A DNA stretch of 38,953 nt from a virus (taxonomy: Duplodnaviria; Caudoviricetes). The notes under the pieces are model-generated. The model was not told the DNA's origin and did not search any database. It worked only from the letters and a program-made list of their open reading frames with translations. The position numbers and the translations under genes are program-made. Positions 35,508 through 38,953 of the stretch are shown here, one piece after another. Each line of letters starts with the position of its first letter. Positions within the stretch are counted from its first letter, which is position 1. The stretch lies in IMG/VR virus record IMGVR_UViG_3300016263_001165, positions 1-38,953 of that record; one strand, given 5' to 3'.

Positions 35508-35528
35508 TTACGCTCTCCAAATTGTTCG

Positions 35529-35564
35529 TTGGCGGGTGGGGGGCTTCATCCCCCCACCCGCCAA
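35529..35564 (-). terminator. Strong hairpin after the capsid gene
   Basis: TTGGCGGGTGGGGGG / CCCCCCACCCGCCAA inverted repeat; no U-tract. Confidence 0.6.
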
Positions 35565-35587
35565 TAACCGATTCGTTCCCGAGGGAA

Positions 35588-36526
35588 CTAGGCGGTCTTT
35601 GCCGTCAGTTTGCCCTGCTTCTTGGCGTTGCGGCAAGTCAGGTTGCCGTAGCACATAATGAGCGCATAGCGCGCGTCAAGGTTCTCGGGGCGGACAAACT
35701 CCGTCTGAGCAAACCACTTGCCGCTGTGACCAACCAGCGTCAAATACTTGCTGTTCAGGAAGTACACCACACCAGCGGTGCAGTGAGTGTCGTACACCAC
35801 GGGGGCAGCCTTGTAAAGCAGGTTCTGGAAACCCGCATCGGCAGTCTTCGTGTCCGTGAAACGGAGCGACGGAACCAACAGAGCCTCATACTTCTCAAAC
35901 AGGGTTTGAGTCGTGAGAATCATATCGGGGTGGTCGTTGCCCACCGAAACCGTGTTGTACGCGGTCGCCATCTGGGCGAGCGTAAGCGCGGTTGCGGTGT
36001 TCTCCTCGTACGAACGCCAGTACTCGTTGCCAGCCGTCGCACGGTTGATACCACCAACAGTGCCCGAGGCTTCAACGATGTTTCCGAGACCGTTCCAGTC
36101 CTTGCCGCTGTTGCCAGTGCCGTCCGCGAAGAACATCTGGTTGAAGCCCTCACGCATTGACTCTTCAGCCTGCATAATCTTGGCTTCCAGCAGGTTGATG
36201 ATTTCCTGCTCACCGTTGTTCTTCGCTTCCTCAATACCCGAGATGGCGATGGACGCAGCGTACTGCTTCCACTCGTACTCGGCAGCCGTGAGACCAGTCT
36301 GCGCGGTCAGCGAGATGGTGTCGTAGCCACTGTACGAGGCGACGGTGCTGTTGGTGCCGTAAATCAACGGCTCAACAATCTTGGTGCCACCGTTCAGCAT
36401 ACGGATGCGACCCTTGTCGGACAGGAAGTAGGTCAGCGGGCGAGCCGTGAACACATTGTCCGTGAGTTGGTCACGATAGTTGGCGAGCGTTGTGCTAAGC
36501 AACGCATCAAAGTTTGGGTTAGACAC
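35588..36526 (-). CDS. Major capsid protein
   Basis: 312 aa, directly after the scaffold; AGGAGG Shine-Dalgarno; biased codons; downstream hairpin; HK97-like DGTGN...NGL and YFLN patterns. Confidence 0.85.
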   Translation of the reverse strand: MSNPNFDALLSTTLANYRDQLTDNVFTARPLTYFLSDKGRIRMLNGGTKIVEPLIYGTNSTVASYSGYDTISLTAQTGLTAAEYEWKQYAASIAISGIEEAKNNGEQEIINLLEAKIMQAEESMREGFNQMFFADGTGNSGKDWNGLGNIVEASGTVGGINRATAGNEYWRSYEENTATALTLAQMATAYNTVSVGNDHPDMILTTQTLFEKYEALLVPSLRFTDTKTADAGFQNLLYKAAPVVYDTHCTAGVVYFLNSKYLTLVGHSGKWFAQTEFVRPENLDARYALIMCYGNLTCRNAKKQGKLTAKTA

Positions 36527-36558
36527 TGTTTCCTCCTAGGAAAAAGTTTGTAGGTTTG

Positions 36559-37350
36559 TTAGTTGGCACCGAGGGAACGCTTGGCGGCTTCCCACGCTTC
36601 ACGAACATTTGTGATAGGTGTCGCGCCCTCGCTGGTCGCGGATGCACTCGGATTAGAGCCGCCAGACACCACTGCCGCCTGTCGCTTTGCGGCGACAACA
36701 GCGGCTTCAGTATCCTGCTTCTTTTTCTGTGCTTCTGCTTCCAAACGCTGACGGTCCATCATCTTGTCAAACATCATCTGCTTGTAGGTGCCTTCAAGGT
36801 CTGTAGAGCCTAGGCGAAGTGCGGTGTTCACCACTTCGCCAACATTGAAATCGCCGTACTTCGCTTGCAAACCAGCAATTTCCCGCTCAATCTGCTGCTG
36901 AGACTGGTATTCCTCAAAGGAAGCAACTCTCTGCTCCATCTGTCGGAACTTTTGGTCAATCGGGTCAAGTGACTCTTCAGCCACAGACTCGGCAACCATA
37001 TCAGCCGCCTGCTGCCGAGTCACCCCATAATGCCTAGCAAGTAGGTCAATGGTTGCCTCGGGATTACGCTCCAACGCCGACTGAATGGCTACAGCAAATT
37101 CATTCTGCTGCCGTTGCTCACTCAATTCCTGCGTTTTCCGAGTGTAATCAGCCTGCCGCTGATAACCGCTCAACGCTTCAGAAAGCGGAACTTGCAGTTC
37201 CTCACCATCCACCTTGACAGGTACGACATAATTGGCGTACTGGTCAATTGGCAGAACTGGTGTTTCTGCGCTTGTACTCGCTGTCTCTGCTACTTCGGTT
37301 GCACCCGCTTGGGTGTCCACATTTGACTGCGCCGCGATTTCATCGCTCAT
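36559..37350 (-). CDS. Capsid scaffolding protein
   Basis: VKVDGEE..V.L.E..GYQRQADYTRKTQEL motif; acidic coiled coil; between portal and capsid. Confidence 0.8.
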   Translation of the reverse strand: MSDEIAAQSNVDTQAGATEVAETASTSAETPVLPIDQYANYVVPVKVDGEELQVPLSEALSGYQRQADYTRKTQELSEQRQQNEFAVAIQSALERNPEATIDLLARHYGVTRQQAADMVAESVAEESLDPIDQKFRQMEQRVASFEEYQSQQQIEREIAGLQAKYGDFNVGEVVNTALRLGSTDLEGTYKQMMFDKMMDRQRLEAEAQKKKQDTEAAVVAAKRQAAVVSGGSNPSASATSEGATPITNVREAWEAAKRSLGAN

Positions 37351-38953
37351 ATTTATTCTCCCGAGTCCTAAATGGTTGCTCTACCATAGAACTAGGCTGT
37401 TCCCTAAGAGGTCATCCCCTGCTCAAAACCAGCCATACCAGCCTCAGCCTGCTGAGGCACGGTCGGATTCACGGCGGGCGGAATCGGGACACCGCCCCCC
37501 ATACCCAGTTCAGCAGCCTGCCCCGCGGGTGGTTGAGGGGGCGGAGCAGACTGCATAAACTGTTCAGGTGACTTCACACCAAAACCGAACTGCAACACAT
37601 AGGCAGCCAGTTTTGCCATATCCACCACTCCAGCAGCCGCAAACGGACTCATAGCATCCACAATCTGAAGGGCGGTCTGGCGGCGGAACGACTCGTTTAC
37701 GGGTTGGGTGGAGCCGCCGACCACCTCAAAGTCAAAGTCGCCAGCCAAATAGTCGCGGTCATATTTGACCCACACGGGGTCACCGTTCTTGGAAATTATG
37801 CGGGCAACTTGTTCGCCCGTCATAAACTGTTGAGCCAACTTCAGCAAGCGGCGACCGACCTCAGCCATAGCCCGCTCAACCGTAGCCAACTTGTCAGCGG
37901 TGCGAGCATTGGCGGCATCCTGAAGAAGTGCCGACTCGGTGGCAGTGCGGCGAATCTCCGATACGCCGCCACGCATAAACTCAGAAACACCCGAAACTCG
38001 GTCAATGTCAGCCGTAATCAGATTGGATTGATTATAGAAATCCGACGGACTGACCACGGCGGGCATTGGGGCGATGACATTCCCCAAAGCGTCGTCACCG
38101 ACCACGGGAACCATCACATTGTCGTCCTCAGATTCCAACGCGGTGCGACCCAACTGGTCAAATGCCGACTCTTTGTACAACCATTTGCGCGCAAACCGTT
38201 TACGGTGATTCATCATTTGGGTACGAGTCTCGTTGAGTTCTTTCTGCAACGGCTCAATAGCCTCCAGTTCACCCAGCGGATAAAACTGGTCGGGGACATC
38301 ATAATCCCGCAACATAACAAACGGATGCCCGAACGCATACGGCATCTGCATCGGCTTCACAAGGAATCCGTCTCCACCCTCCGCAAACACCGACATCGTA
38401 CGGCTCTTGATGTCGTAAAACTCCCAAATTTCCGCAAACCCTTGTTCTTTGTCACGAATTTTGCGAACAGAGGGGTCATCCGCGTAGCGGCTGACCGCCA
38501 TAGCAGACACCGCTTCGCGGGCAGCCTTGTTGTACCGTTTGTCGGTACGAACCTCGGATAGCGGACGGCGGACACGCTGCGCAATCCAACGCATATCCTT
38601 GACCGAGGTGGCATCTGGGTCCACGAACACATCGTAACACGACACCCGTTCAGCAAACGGAGCATCCTCCAAAACAACGGTATGCGGCGTTACCGCATTG
38701 TCAGGGTTCGGCTCGGAGTCATCCTCGCCATCCAAACCGACCTCTTCCTCCACATACCTGTAGCCAACTTTGACCCAACCGTGACCAAAAATGACCATAT
38801 CCTTGACAGCAGCCTTTAGTTCTTCTTTGATGTTCTGTTGCCGCCACCAATAGTTCACCACAGCCTCAGCAATGACCGCCTGTGCAGCCTGCTCGGGTTT
38901 GGTGGCATTCACCGTAATCTTTGGATAATTTACCGACACCGCAGGCACAATCA
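37116..38953. repeat. Terminal direct repeat / circular overlap, copy 2
   Basis: Collinear with 1-1838. Confidence 0.95.
37404..38953 (-). CDS. Portal protein, second allele (5' end truncated by window edge)
   Basis: Nearly identical protein to 289-2031, with five amino-acid differences seen. Confidence 0.85.
   Translation of the reverse strand, partial: IVPAVSVNYPKITVNATKPEQAAQAVIAEAVVNYWWRQQNIKEELKAAVKDMVIFGHGWVKVGYRYVEEEVGLDGEDDSEPNPDNAVTPHTVVLEDAPFAERVSCYDVFVDPDATSVKDMRWIAQRVRRPLSEVRTDKRYNKAAREAVSAMAVSRYADDPSVRKIRDKEQGFAEIWEFYDIKSRTMSVFAEGGDGFLVKPMQMPYAFGHPFVMLRDYDVPDQFYPLGELEAIEPLQKELNETRTQMMNHRKRFARKWLYKESAFDQLGRTALESEDDNVMVPVVGDDALGNVIAPMPAVVSPSDFYNQSNLITADIDRVSGVSEFMRGGVSEIRRTATESALLQDAANARTADKLATVERAMAEVGRRLLKLAQQFMTGEQVARIISKNGDPVWVKYDRDYLAGDFDFEVVGGSTQPVNESFRRQTALQIVDAMSPFAAAGVVDMAKLAAYVLQFGFGVKSPEQFMQSAPPPQPPAGQAAELGMGGGVPIPPAVNPTVPQQAEAGMAGFEQGMTS

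Noticed and set aside
1-38953. Prophage or integration features
   Set aside because: No integrase, repressor pair, att site or host genes were seen, and the sequence closes on itself.

Overview
This window is one apparently complete ~37.1-kb tailed-phage genome (unit length 37,115 bp). Its first 1,838 bp recur at the end (37116-38953) as an imperfect copy. The minus strand carries the late module: scaffold, major capsid, P22-like portal, terminase, adaptor/nozzle-type tail proteins, large putative ejection proteins, Gly-rich fibres, holin and lysins. No tape-measure gene was seen, so podovirus-like morphology is inferred. The plus strand (8479-22391) carries early and replication genes: MoxR-type AAA+ ATPase and partner, Cas4/RecB-like nuclease, DnaB-like helicase, AEP primase, RusA and a sigma-like HTH protein. 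No integrase or DNA polymerase was recognised, and an actinobacterial host is only inferred. The main signal is an RNA-level system in the early region. Two complete type II hammerhead ribozymes (13248-13312 and 14215-14281) bracket a 968-nt three-gene cassette. A ~500-nt densely base-paired ncRNA candidate (~9940-10440) is followed by two tRNA-like elements, and several Shine-Dalgarno sites sit in GGA-loop hairpins. On the late strand, basic proteins downstream of the capsid gene share an N-terminal peptide, and a GGGAAC motif precedes many late genes at a near-fixed distance. All family assignments come from motif recognition by eye, not from database searches.
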